Assembly (NCBI GenBank): GCA_963674945.2
Contig: CAXXWQ010000004.1
Location: forward strand, 2,528,001 to 2,592,000
DNA: 64,000 nt
DNA from: an uncultured Desulfosarcina sp.
GTDB lineage: Bacteria > Desulfobacterota > Desulfobacteria > Desulfobacterales > Desulfosarcinaceae
Direction of reading: 5' to 3'
Positions 28,593-38,550 of this stretch are shown piece after piece (position 1 is the stretch's first letter; every line of letters begins with the position of its first letter). The translations under genes and the position numbers were made by a program. The notes beneath the pieces are model-generated. The model had not been told where the DNA came from. It did no database searches and saw only the letters and a list, made by a program, of their open reading frames with translations.

Positions 28593-28811
28593 ATGAAACC
28601 GATTCTTTCCAAAGGCAGGTTCATCACCGCCACCATCTTCATCGTTATCCTCCTCGCCGTTTATGTCGCAGGTGCACGCCATGGCTACCATCTGGGATAC
28701 TCCGATGGCCAGAATTCCGCCAATGGCTGGTGGATCGACAAGAAAAGTCAATATTACGAATCCGCTGAGATCAAGAAAAAACGCATTATCGGAAAGCACA
28801 ATCACATTTAG
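28593..28811 (+). CDS. Small membrane-anchored hypothetical protein
   Basis: 72-aa ORF with one TM helix and GYHLGYSDG. Confidence 0.55.
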   Translation: MKPILSKGRFITATIFIVILLAVYVAGARHGYHLGYSDGQNSANGWWIDKKSQYYESAEIKKKRIIGKHNHI

Positions 28812-28838
28812 TGGGTGACCCTCCAGAAAGGGCCAAGC

Positions 28839-28867
28839 CGAACAGCTACTTTTTACGAGATCATCAA
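28839..28867. repeat. Solo end motif of the repeat family
   Basis: CGAACAGCTACTTTTTACGAGATCATCAA, 27/29 identical to 675-703. Confidence 0.7.
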
Positions 28868-29340
28868 TCTTAGCTCGGGCCGGTATCTTTGATGCACCAA
28901 AATTTGCCGGTTCGTGCGCAATTTTCGTAACCGACACACCGATACGCCCAAACAAAAAAAACAGAAATAATCATATAATTTCAATTTGTTATGACTTAAC
29001 AACGATTTTGCGCCTGTTATTTGCATTCCTTTTGCGATGATAAGGGATACCATCCGCTGTTTCAGACTCGCTGGTTCGTATCAGCAACCGAATCTGTGCA
29101 AATGACATTTTTGATCCAATGAAGTGGTTTCGCGTCGACGGCTCCCGTGGTTGGATCTTCAAGCCCCGATGCACGCTCCTTTTGCCATTCACCTCCTGTC
29201 GTATCCGACGAAAACAATGATGCCCCTTTGGATCTCCGGCCTTTTGACCGGATATCCAAGCCACCTGTTTTGCGGGTGGTCGTTGAGTCCCATGAAGCCG
29301 ATTTCAACCCAATATTTCAACAAAAAGAGGAGGTGCACCA

Positions 29341-29808
29341 ATGAAAAAATCGACGCGATCCATCGCCATTGTTATCATCTTGATCTCTTGTTTTTCCGCA
29401 ATGGCGTGGGCAGAAAGTGCAACAAAGGACGAAGTAATCGCCAAATGTGAAGCGGCAGCCAAAATGGTTCATGAAAAAGGGGTGGTGGAGGCCGGCAAAG
29501 CCATCGGAGACAAGATGGGACCCTTTGTCTGGAAAGATACGTATGTTTTCTTGATGGATCTGGACGGAAAAATGATCGCCCACCCCATCAAGCCGGAACT
29601 GACGGAGGAGGACAATCTATTACAGGTGGCAGATACGGACGGCAAACCCCTGTTTCTCGAATTCGTACAGGTTGCCGGCAGTAAAGGGCAGGGTTGGGTC
29701 GACTATATGTGGCCGAAACCAGGGGAAGAGAAACCGGCGGCAAAAACCAGCTACATCTATCGCATATCCGGCACCCCATATTTCGTCGGCGCAGGAATTT
29801 ACAAATAG
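29341..29808 (+). CDS. Stand-alone periplasmic single Cache domain protein
   Basis: Signal peptide; YVFLMD...AHP, DTDGKP, GWVDYMWPKPG and KTSY motifs; GGAGG RBS. Confidence 0.9.
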   Translation: MKKSTRSIAIVIILISCFSAMAWAESATKDEVIAKCEAAAKMVHEKGVVEAGKAIGDKMGPFVWKDTYVFLMDLDGKMIAHPIKPELTEEDNLLQVADTDGKPLFLEFVQVAGSKGQGWVDYMWPKPGEEKPAAKTSYIYRISGTPYFVGAGIYK

Positions 29809-29889
29809 GAACGCATAAGCAAAAAATTTAGGGCCGGGCCATTTATCTCTACCTTGGCCCAGAGGACCAGTTATATTAACGAAGAACAG

Positions 29890-29921
29890 AAAAGGGGGGC
29901 CGGGTTCGGTCCTCCCTTTTT
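29890..29921 (+). terminator. Intrinsic terminator
   Basis: AAAAGGGGGGCCG / CGGTCCTCCCTTTTT hairpin. Confidence 0.65.
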
Positions 29922-30121
29922 GTTTACACCGCAACTTTCGTGAGCATCCCAAGCGGTGCGGGCAGGATGATTTGATGCGGCGAGCGCGAAAATCGCCAGG
30001 ATTGCATCCGGAAAGTGCTGCTGCGCAAATTCCGTAACAAAAAGCAAAAATAGTTCTTCGAAGTCGGATACTCTTCCGGGAGGAACATTTTATAATTCAT
30101 TTATTTCAGCATGTTAACAAC

Positions 30122-30137
30122 TGGCACGCCTATTGCT
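30122..30137 (+). promoter_or_regulatory. Sigma54 (-24/-12) promoter
   Basis: TGGCAC-GCCTA-TTGCT, an exact TGGCAC-N5-TTGCW match 50 nt upstream of the GT2 start. Confidence 0.8.
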
Positions 30138-30186
30138 AACACAAGATTTTCTTCTAGCTGCAACAGATGAGAAAAAAGGAATTCAC

Positions 30187-31563
30187 ATGAACAAAACAAG
30201 TAGTAAAAAAGTTGTCTATATCTATTTATTTTTGCTTTCAATAACGGTGTTGCTGGCCGTCGCAACCGGATTGGAACCAATTTGGGCAACAATTGGGAAC
30301 CTGCCTCTGGGAAATGCGGTGGTTCTCCTGTCCCAAATGTTTTTCGCCATTCACATCGCTGTTTTCATCTGGCGGATCGTTCTTTTCCTCCAATACAAAC
30401 CCGCCGCTTCCTGTAGCGATGATCGTCTTCCGGAAGTGACGGTGATCGTACCAGCCTACAATGAAGGCAGGCAGTCCTTTGACACCATTAAAAGTATCGT
30501 GAAAAGCGACTACCCGGCAGAAAAAATGACGATCGTCGGTGTGGACGATGGGAGCGTGGACAATACGTGGGCATGGCTTCAAAGGGCGGCCATGGCGTTT
30601 CCCGATCGGGTGAAACTCTTTCGGCAACCGGAGAATCGGGGAAAACGCCACGCGCTCTACAGAGGCTTCAAATACGGGAATGGGAATGTTTTTGTCACCA
30701 TCGATAGCGATTCCAACGTCGCGCCGCAGACACTTCGCCAACTGGTAAGCCCATTCGTTCATGATCCGAAAGTGGGGGCCGTGGCCGGAAACGTCCGCAT
30801 ACTGAACCGTCGTGAAGGCTTCATTCCCAAAATGCTGGAAGTCTCCTTTGCCTACAGCTTCGATTTTCTTCGGGCAGGCCAAAGCGTCATCAACTCCGTG
30901 ATGTGCACGCCCGGCGCACTTTCCGCGTATCGTAGCGAAGTCGTCAAGCAGGTGTTGCCCGCATGGATCGACCAGCGCTTTTGTGGCCGTCCGGCAAATA
31001 TTGGCGAGGACAGGGCCATGACCAATCTCATTTTGAAAAGCGGTTATCGCGTTCACTATCAGAAAGATGCCGTCGTCTACACCACGGCACCCACAACCCT
31101 TTCCAAACTTTGGAAAATGTTACTGCGATGGGCCAGGAGTAACATACGCGAAACCCTGGTGATCAGCAAATTCGTATTCGGCAAATTCCGCCAGGAGGGT
31201 GCCACCGGCTTGCGAATCAACGTCTTGCTGGGAATCATGAACCTCACAATCGGTCAGATCATGCGCCTTTCCGGCGTCGCCTTGCTGGTCTACCTTCCCG
31301 TTGTGGTCGGGCCCAAAATGATCTTCGGCGCAGCCATTGCATCATGCGCGCCAGGTCTTTTCTACGCCATTCGGTACAAGAGCAGCCAGGCCTTTTGGGC
31401 GATTCCCTATAGCTATTTCTGGATGACATGCCTGACCTGGATCAGCACCTATGCACTGGTGACCCCCCACAAGACCGGATGGATGACCCGGGACATGGAC
31501 AACCTGGAGGTTTCCTGGACCTCTTCATCGGGAAAGGCACCCTCCCTGACCCCCACGCCATAG
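30187..31563 (+). CDS. Processive GT2 glycosyltransferase, hyaluronan synthase/NodC-like
   Basis: PAYNE, DDGS, GKRHAL, DSD, CTPGALSAYR, GEDRAMTN and LRWARS motifs; TM helices at both ends. ATG 30187 with AAGGA upstream. Confidence 0.88.
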   Translation: MNKTSSKKVVYIYLFLLSITVLLAVATGLEPIWATIGNLPLGNAVVLLSQMFFAIHIAVFIWRIVLFLQYKPAASCSDDRLPEVTVIVPAYNEGRQSFDTIKSIVKSDYPAEKMTIVGVDDGSVDNTWAWLQRAAMAFPDRVKLFRQPENRGKRHALYRGFKYGNGNVFVTIDSDSNVAPQTLRQLVSPFVHDPKVGAVAGNVRILNRREGFIPKMLEVSFAYSFDFLRAGQSVINSVMCTPGALSAYRSEVVKQVLPAWIDQRFCGRPANIGEDRAMTNLILKSGYRVHYQKDAVVYTTAPTTLSKLWKMLLRWARSNIRETLVISKFVFGKFRQEGATGLRINVLLGIMNLTIGQIMRLSGVALLVYLPVVVGPKMIFGAAIASCAPGLFYAIRYKSSQAFWAIPYSYFWMTCLTWISTYALVTPHKTGWMTRDMDNLEVSWTSSSGKAPSLTPTP

Positions 31564-31579
31564 GTGTCCGCCTGAAAAT

Positions 31580-31613
31580 CGGGTCGTAAGCATCGAAAGA
31601 TTCTTACGACCCG
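31580..31613 (+). terminator. Hairpin after the GT2 gene
   Basis: CGGGTCGTAAG / CTTACGACCCG 11-bp stem. Confidence 0.55.
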
Positions 31614-31894
31614 TCATTCTTCAGATCGTCGACATTCCTTCTTTTTTGTCTTACCATGTATTTTGAATAATTACTTTTTCACGAGACACGGCCACCGGTG
31701 CATGGTAAAATGCCGAAGCATTCGGTAAAGATCGTAAATAGACCAGATAATAAGGAATAGATGATTTTTTTATTGTCAAGTCCACGTCCGTTGTGCCGAA
31801 ATAACATATTGGAGGTTCAGAAAAGGATCTGGACATTTACCGGGCAAACGACAACTACAAATGGGATGTTTTCTTTTCATTTCCGGGAGTTTTT

Positions 31895-32749
31895 GTGATG
31901 GCGAACGACAAGCAGAAAGCGTACTTCCCGCTACGCATATGGTTCGTGTTATGGTTTTCGATGTTGACACTGTCCTGCGCAACCGGGCAAGGTGAGGGCA
32001 TATCGGCCAATCATGACCACCTTTTGGCCGAAAACAGCGCCATGAAAAGACGGCTTCCCCTCGTCGAAAGAGAAAATGACGTTCTGCAAAAGGAAAACAA
32101 TATTTTCAGAACGAAAGTGCAGCAGATGGAAACCGAGATCCAGGAATTGACCACTCGGTTGGCCCGGATGAATGATCGGTATGAAAATCAGATTGCCGAA
32201 AGCAAGCGGCAAATCACCTATCTTGAAGAATCCATGCAGCAATTGGATACGCAGCGGCACGAAGAGATTTCGACATTGGAAAGCCGAATGGCCACCCAAC
32301 GGGAAATCTTCGACCTGGAGCGCGAAAAGACCAGTGCGGAACGAGATAAAAGAGAGTCGGCGTTAACCGGTCAGCTTGCAGACCTGAAAAAAGATCTCGA
32401 AAGAAAAGCATCGGAGATCGCTTCGCTGACATCGGCCAACACGGAAATGCAAAACGACCTTGCGCACAAAAAAGACGAAAATGCCTCGCTCGTATCGGCC
32501 AACGAAGAGATGAAGGCGGAATTGGAGAAAAAATCATCCGAAATCACCGCGCTGGTAAAAACAAATGAAGACCTTTCGAAAAAACTCGAAAAAAAGACCG
32601 AATTGGCCCGATCTCTGAAGAAAGCCCGGGACGAGTCCATTGCGGAACTTGAATCGGTGAAAGCCGCAAGCAGCGACCTGGTAAAAAACCTGAAAGAACT
32701 CTTTCATCAAATGACCAGCAATTCGGATCAACACCAAACGAAGATATAA
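31895..32749 (+). CDS. Coiled-coil lipoprotein
   Basis: Lipobox TLSC followed by long heptad-rich sequence with 21-aa repeats. Confidence 0.75.
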   Translation: MMANDKQKAYFPLRIWFVLWFSMLTLSCATGQGEGISANHDHLLAENSAMKRRLPLVERENDVLQKENNIFRTKVQQMETEIQELTTRLARMNDRYENQIAESKRQITYLEESMQQLDTQRHEEISTLESRMATQREIFDLEREKTSAERDKRESALTGQLADLKKDLERKASEIASLTSANTEMQNDLAHKKDENASLVSANEEMKAELEKKSSEITALVKTNEDLSKKLEKKTELARSLKKARDESIAELESVKAASSDLVKNLKELFHQMTSNSDQHQTKI

Positions 32750-32919
32750 TCGTGCCGATCGGATGTTCGATATTGGTCGGCAGGCCGCATCAACGACCAC
32801 CCGCAAAGCGGTTGCTTGGATGTTCGATCCATCGGCCGCATATCCCAAAACACGTCAGTTCTTTCCTCACTCGGGTTGGTTCCGGGTGCCAAGCACCCGG
32901 TTTGAATAGAACGGATCGA

Positions 32920-35049
32920 ATGCTGCGTACTTTGCTTTTCCGCATACCTTTCATTGCGTTTCTCGTGTTCCTGGCGACCGTTTTATCGGCACAGGCAAAA
33001 GATTCCCTGTCGGTTCTGCTGACATCCAACCTGCAGGGAAATTTCTCCCTCGAAGTGGAAGGCCAGGAGACGACAGATCCCCTGTTGCTATTGGCCCAAA
33101 ACATCATTGACCAGAAAAAAAAAGGAATCGATCTCTATTTGGATATGGGAAACGCTTTTTATCCAGGCGTTCTCTCAAAGTATAGTTCCGGCTCCATCAT
33201 GATGGATTTTTTGGATTATTTTTCATGCTCGGCCCTTCTCGTCTCTTCCAAGGACCTGCAGGTTGGAACAAACAATCTCGAATTTCTCCAAAAAGACAAG
33301 ACTGTCCATCTGCTATCCGCCAACATTGTCAAGGACGAACGCCCCATCTTCACCCCCTGGTTCAAGGTACCGGATGTCACCCCTTCCATTGCAATTCTCG
33401 GGATTTCATCGGGAAAAGTCCTGTTCGACATTGCCGAAGAGGACCTTTATGGATACAGCCTGGAGAAAGGTGGGGAAGCGCTGGTGCCATACCTGGATCA
33501 GATAAGAGAGGCCGGCATCCAACATGTCATTCTGCTTTGTGGTGGAAATCTTCGGGAGTTGGTCGAAATCATGGAATCCTTTCCGGAGATCTCCATGGCC
33601 ATCTGCGGAGGCGACAACGCCGGCCGTTTTTTTGCCGGGAAGGCATCCCGCGTGGACCTGTCAGACGGCCGATCCATCGTCATCACAGATGATGAGGCAA
33701 ATTTTTTCCGCCTGGATCTGACAATCGACGATACCATCGCCGTCAATCGGTTTCTGCCCATAAAATCGGAGCCAATTCCCACATACGACTATGCGTACCA
33801 TGAATTTAAGAATCGGCTCACCCTATGGAAAGAAAAATTTCGGGAGGACGAAGTTCGGCTCATCGAAAACCTGAAAGCTACGGAAACCGACGTAAACGAC
33901 ATGCGATTTGCCCAGCTGCTGCGAGACCGATTCGATTGTGAAATCGCCGTTGTGGAAAAGAACACCCTTATCCCATTGTCCGTTCATCAGGACATCAAAT
34001 CTTCCGATTTCTTAACCATGGTCAACCGCGACTACTTCATTTTTCTCTTTTCCCTCACCGGAAATGAGTTACATCAATTGATCGCCGAAAACATGGATCT
34101 GGTAATTGCGGGACTGGATCTTGAGAATGCGTCGGTTCAAGGATATGATCTGGAGGGAGCCCGCCCCTATCGAATCGCCGCGTCCCAGCCGGCGATGCAT
34201 GCCATCGGGCGCATGCTTCGAAAAAGAATCCCCTTCACCAATACCTGGATGACGGTAACGGACCTGCTCAAGTCCGATTTAAAGGATCGTTGCGTCGTCT
34301 TGAACAACGACTACGACTTTTTGGACCGTCGTTTTCGAACGACCGTCGATATCTATCTGTCCAATTTCATCGATAACAGCGGTGTGAAAAGGGGCGATTC
34401 CATCGAGGTTCCCCCTGGCCAACCGTCGAAAACCTATAACAAATGGGGCCTGGAAAATGAGATCGAGGTCATTTTCTACAACAAGTACCATCGTTTCGTC
34501 TTCACCCCCTACATGCTCTACAGCCGCCAGGACGAAGACTATCTGAACAACATTTTGAAGGGTACCTTTCTCTATGAGTACAATTGGCGGGATAACATCC
34601 GTCCTTATAGTAAGTTTCGCTGTGATTCAGTGGTGGAACGGGTCGATGGCATGCAGCCGATTCTCCTCAGGGAGACGCTTGGCATTTCCGGAACCTACAA
34701 GCGATTGGAAGGTAAAATCGGACTCGGTTTCGAAAAGGAGGTGCAAGATCCTGCCAACGCTGCTTTGTACGGAATCGAAATCCTGGCAGGCGCATCCATT
34801 CCCTTCCTTTCTCATTTTACCTATACATTCGACCTCGATGCCTTTTCCGGCATTCGGGATGATGATGGAAGCGCCTGGCAGATCCGAAGCGAGATAAACA
34901 ATTCCATCTCAGCTGCCTTCAACGACTATCTTGCGCTGACATTTCGCCACAAGTACTTCTATGTCTACGAGGAATCACTTCAGGAGTACTACCAGAACTC
35001 ACAGTTCATCACGTCACTGGATTTCACCAAGGATTGGAAGTTCTGGTAG
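32920..35049 (+). CDS. Degenerate 5'-nucleotidase-like domain fused to a probable outer-membrane beta-barrel
   Basis: LLTSNLQG, LDMGN and LLSANI align with metallophosphoesterase motif positions. The C-terminal ~230 aa shows alternating beta-strand pattern and ends DWKFW. Confidence 0.65.
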   Translation: MLRTLLFRIPFIAFLVFLATVLSAQAKDSLSVLLTSNLQGNFSLEVEGQETTDPLLLLAQNIIDQKKKGIDLYLDMGNAFYPGVLSKYSSGSIMMDFLDYFSCSALLVSSKDLQVGTNNLEFLQKDKTVHLLSANIVKDERPIFTPWFKVPDVTPSIAILGISSGKVLFDIAEEDLYGYSLEKGGEALVPYLDQIREAGIQHVILLCGGNLRELVEIMESFPEISMAICGGDNAGRFFAGKASRVDLSDGRSIVITDDEANFFRLDLTIDDTIAVNRFLPIKSEPIPTYDYAYHEFKNRLTLWKEKFREDEVRLIENLKATETDVNDMRFAQLLRDRFDCEIAVVEKNTLIPLSVHQDIKSSDFLTMVNRDYFIFLFSLTGNELHQLIAENMDLVIAGLDLENASVQGYDLEGARPYRIAASQPAMHAIGRMLRKRIPFTNTWMTVTDLLKSDLKDRCVVLNNDYDFLDRRFRTTVDIYLSNFIDNSGVKRGDSIEVPPGQPSKTYNKWGLENEIEVIFYNKYHRFVFTPYMLYSRQDEDYLNNILKGTFLYEYNWRDNIRPYSKFRCDSVVERVDGMQPILLRETLGISGTYKRLEGKIGLGFEKEVQDPANAALYGIEILAGASIPFLSHFTYTFDLDAFSGIRDDDGSAWQIRSEINNSISAAFNDYLALTFRHKYFYVYEESLQEYYQNSQFITSLDFTKDWKFW

Positions 35050-35056
35050 TTGTTTT

Positions 35057-36154
35057 TCAGATAACCAGCGGTTCTACCTGATTTCTTATCCTTCCACTCT
35101 CTACGGCCTCAATGAACTCTTCTGCCAATTGGCGGCTCAATTGCACGGTACGGTTCCAGTAGGCGATGCGCTCATCATCGTGCCCTCGGAAACGAGAAAA
35201 ATCAGTCCGGTCGGGAATCTTGCGAAGGGGTAGCTTTTCCAGCAAGGCGGATGAGGGTGCAATGAACAGGACATTTTTCAAGTGAGACATCGCCGGCTTT
35301 CGCCAGGAGAGTTTCTTGTCGAGCCAGCCGGGGATGATGCGCTCCATGTAATGGGGGAAAAGGACGATGTGATCGTAGTCGTTGGAAAAGGGAATATCCA
35401 GGTGGTAATCGATTACGCCACCATCCCGATAGGTCCCTTTCGGCGCACCGGGAATATTCCGGATGCCCTTCATCACCAGGGGAATGGAACCTGAAGACAT
35501 GAGGGCCGGTCTGACATTGGCTCTGGACAGACCGACGCGGTGTATGGGAAAGGCATCCATCCCATGAAAGGGCGGCGTGTCCCGTGTGTCATGGAAAAGA
35601 ATGCGCTCGAAAAAGAAACCAAGCCAGCGGCGACGTATTGCATTGCCCAGAGCAGCCAGTGCCATCCCCACCAGCAAATTGATTTTGTGATCCACACCGG
35701 TCAGATGTTTGCCGCGGACAGACATGAAATTCAGTCGAAAACTGGGGTGGCGTAGGACGTCGGTATCACCGCGCGTGCCCATCATATGGGCGAGGATCTT
35801 TTCTCCTTCCCGGCTGATCTGCGCCGGAGAGGGGTTCGCATCATACCGTTGGTTGATGTACGCCGTTTCCAATCGGCAAATGGCATCCAAGGGATCTTGC
35901 TGGGCGGCGGCGGCGAAACGCCATGCGCCGCTGGATGATCCGATTAAAAACAGTGGGCTGGTGCGGCCGAAAAACCACTGAGAAAAAAGCAGGCGATCCA
36001 TTCCAGCCAGAATCAGCCATTTGGGACCGCCGGCGGCACCTGCCACAACATGGACATCATCGGGTGTAAGGCCGTTTTCCTTTATCCGGCGATAGGCGGC
36101 TTTGCCGGCCTGCAACGTGTAGTGCTGGAACATGGTGGACTCCGTGAATAACAT
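35057..36154 (-). CDS. Patatin-like phospholipase family protein
   Basis: GAAGGPKW, GSSSGAW (GxSxG) and DGG motifs. Confidence 0.85.
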   Translation of the reverse strand: MLFTESTMFQHYTLQAGKAAYRRIKENGLTPDDVHVVAGAAGGPKWLILAGMDRLLFSQWFFGRTSPLFLIGSSSGAWRFAAAAQQDPLDAICRLETAYINQRYDANPSPAQISREGEKILAHMMGTRGDTDVLRHPSFRLNFMSVRGKHLTGVDHKINLLVGMALAALGNAIRRRWLGFFFERILFHDTRDTPPFHGMDAFPIHRVGLSRANVRPALMSSGSIPLVMKGIRNIPGAPKGTYRDGGVIDYHLDIPFSNDYDHIVLFPHYMERIIPGWLDKKLSWRKPAMSHLKNVLFIAPSSALLEKLPLRKIPDRTDFSRFRGHDDERIAYWNRTVQLSRQLAEEFIEAVESGRIRNQVEPLVI

Positions 36155-37083
36155 CAGGCAGCGACAATTCTCACGTGAAAGCTGATCAGATCAAAAACCA
36201 TGTGCATACCCAGAAACTCGAAAAAACGCGCCGAGCCGTAGATGACACCCCATTTCGTGCGGTCTATATCGAAGTGGGCCTCGGCCAATAATTCTTTTTC
36301 CGGTGTCGTCGTAATCGTCGCCGCGAAATCTTGAGAAACCTCTATCCCTTTCAGTTCCAGGGTACCATTGATCTCATAATTCGGAAGGCTCAGGTACGGC
36401 GTTTGTGCCGTTACCGCTCGGTCTATGCGGTAACTTGCGGTCGGGAACCGCTTGGTGAGGAAAAAGTCATCGGATTTGAGGTGGGCCACCAGGATGGGCT
36501 GCAATTCATCCCCCTCCAGATTGATGTTGGCAATCGAATCCATGTCGATGTCCACCCTTCCCGTGATCGTTCCACCTTTCGCGTCGAGTATGCCACCGGA
36601 GACCCTGACAGTTCCGAAGTGCGTCGTGCTGGGATTCCGTCCCCACCACTGGATGACACTTTTTTCCGAATCGACGCCATAGGAACCATCGTCGAGTTTC
36701 AGTATTGTCTGGGGATCGTGCGGTTCGTCGGCAGCATCTCCTTCCAGCGACAGGCCGGCAGCCTGCCAGGCTTCCATGCCGCCCTTTACCACGAAAAGGT
36801 GTCGATAGCCATTGTGATGAAGCTTTTCTGCCGCAACAGCTGCATCCATGGATCTGGCACTGGCACCGTAGAGTACGATTTCTGCATTGCTATCGTCGGT
36901 TATGGCCTTGACCTGGTCAATAAAGGTCACTTCGAAGACGCAGGCATTCCTGGCGTCGGGTATATGTCGCCTTGTAAACGTATCCGACTTTAATAGGTCG
37001 ATGAGATAAAATTGTTTTTTCTGTCTGAGCCAATCATTGAGTTCATTCGGAGACATTTCACGGCAGACATGGGATGCAATCAT
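36154..37083 (-). CDS. Rhodanese-like plus YceI domain protein
   Basis: HIPDA and GGMEAW (rhodanese); HLKSDDFF and IDRTKWG (YceI). Confidence 0.88.
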   Translation of the reverse strand: MIASHVCREMSPNELNDWLRQKKQFYLIDLLKSDTFTRRHIPDARNACVFEVTFIDQVKAITDDSNAEIVLYGASARSMDAAVAAEKLHHNGYRHLFVVKGGMEAWQAAGLSLEGDAADEPHDPQTILKLDDGSYGVDSEKSVIQWWGRNPSTTHFGTVRVSGGILDAKGGTITGRVDIDMDSIANINLEGDELQPILVAHLKSDDFFLTKRFPTASYRIDRAVTAQTPYLSLPNYEINGTLELKGIEVSQDFAATITTTPEKELLAEAHFDIDRTKWGVIYGSARFFEFLGMHMVFDLISFHVRIVAA

Positions 37084-37649
37084 TTTCTTCTCCTTTCTTT
37101 TCCTCAACCCCTTCATGAAACAACGAAGCGATTATATCCAAACAGGATTTTTGCTCAACCAATATGTCTACCATCAAAAGATCGGCACTTGCATCATCGA
37201 AACAGGTGTTGAAACCGCTGGATCAATCATGAAAAGATATGTGTGGCCGTTAAACAGCCATCCGTAGGACAGCGCGCCGGTGTCCTAGTCGGGGTATCAT
37301 CTCAAAGCCATTACGGGGATGCTTTTTGTTGTGAATCGTTGTTGACGCTTGGAGCAATTGTAATCAGAATCCACAACAAATGGCAAGCCGATCTTCAGGG
37401 GTACGCCGCAACATGGCCATCCGGGTGTGGCGAAAACCGGAATGAATCCGAAAATGATAGGACCGCCCCGGCGGCGTGATGCTGCGACGTGACTTCGGAT
37501 TCAAGGGCAGAAGGAATTCAATGGAGACATCGATGCATCGGCAATGGCACTACTTATTTTCTCCATACAAATCAAATTGAAAACACGGATTGGATAACAA
37601 TCATAACAGGAAACTGTTTCTGTACAACACAAACCATAGGAGGAACAAA

Positions 37650-38213
37650 ATGAAAGCCATCGGTCCTATCAATGCACTCTATCCCATGCCCACCACGCTG
37701 GTCGGCGCAACGGTCAACGAAAGACCCAATTTTCTGGCAGTCGCACACGTGGGAATTATGAACCACGGAACACCCCAGTATCTGACCATCGGGCTAAGCA
37801 AGAGCCACTATACCAATGCCGGTATTCATGAAAATCATACGTTCAGTATCTGTCTTCCATCCGAAGCGATTTTGGTCGAAACGGATTATTGCGGTATCAT
37901 GACCGGTAAGAGAACGGACAAGGCCGCCTTGTTCGATATTTTTTATGGTGAACTAAAAAGCGCCCCCATGATCCGTCAATGTCCCGTCAACATGGAATTG
38001 AAGCTATACGACGTGCTGGATTTTTCCACCCACGACATCTTCGTGGGAGAACTCGTCCAAACCTACGCCGATGAAAGCGTGATCGCAAATGGACTCATCG
38101 ATATTGCCAAGCTCAATCCACTTCTTTTCGACATGCATACCAAACAATACTGGGCAGTTGGAAAGGTGCTGGGAAAGTGCTGGAGTGCCGGAAAGGCCTT
38201 GAAGTCAAAATAG
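37650..38213 (+). CDS. Flavin reductase family (flavoredoxin-like)
   Basis: LYPMPTTLVGA, TDYCGIMTG, APMIRQCP and HDIFVGE motifs; AGGAGG RBS. Confidence 0.9.
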   Translation: MKAIGPINALYPMPTTLVGATVNERPNFLAVAHVGIMNHGTPQYLTIGLSKSHYTNAGIHENHTFSICLPSEAILVETDYCGIMTGKRTDKAALFDIFYGELKSAPMIRQCPVNMELKLYDVLDFSTHDIFVGELVQTYADESVIANGLIDIAKLNPLLFDMHTKQYWAVGKVLGKCWSAGKALKSK

Positions 38214-38249
38214 AAAAAAAGGCAGCGGGCCGAAGCCCCTGCCTTTTTT
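38214..38249. terminator. Bidirectional intrinsic terminator
   Basis: A7-GGCAGCGGGC-CGAA-GCCCCTGCC-T6. Confidence 0.8.
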
Positions 38250-38271
38250 ACGATAATTTTTTTTACCTCGA

Positions 38272-38358
38272 CTATTTGAGAAGGCTCATCACGTTGGCCA
38301 TCAAGCTGACAAGTTTATCAAACCAATCTTCATTTCTTTCCATAACTTTTGTTTCCAT
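38272..38358 (-). CDS. Putative 28-aa small protein METKVMERNEDWFDKLVSLMANVMSLLK
   Basis: AAAGGA RBS upstream of ATG; ends just before the bidirectional terminator. Confidence 0.5.
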   Translation of the reverse strand: METKVMERNEDWFDKLVSLMANVMSLLK

Positions 38359-38550
38359 GGCGTCGTCCTTTCATTAAAACGTAAAATAATAAAAAGAGAA
38401 ATATTTGTTGTTTTATCGGCATTCTCGTCTGAAAGTTAAGTTTTATGGACCCAATGAGATGCGAAAAGCCTTCAGAAAAAATGTATTTAATTAGAATATC
38501 AATTGGTTATATCCACGCCACAATGACATGGGCCATGAAATCATTATCGA

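Noticed and set aside
29158..29196. Minus-strand GGAGGTGA-ATG mini-ORF (MAKGACIGA)
   Set aside because: Only 9 codons, with no other support.
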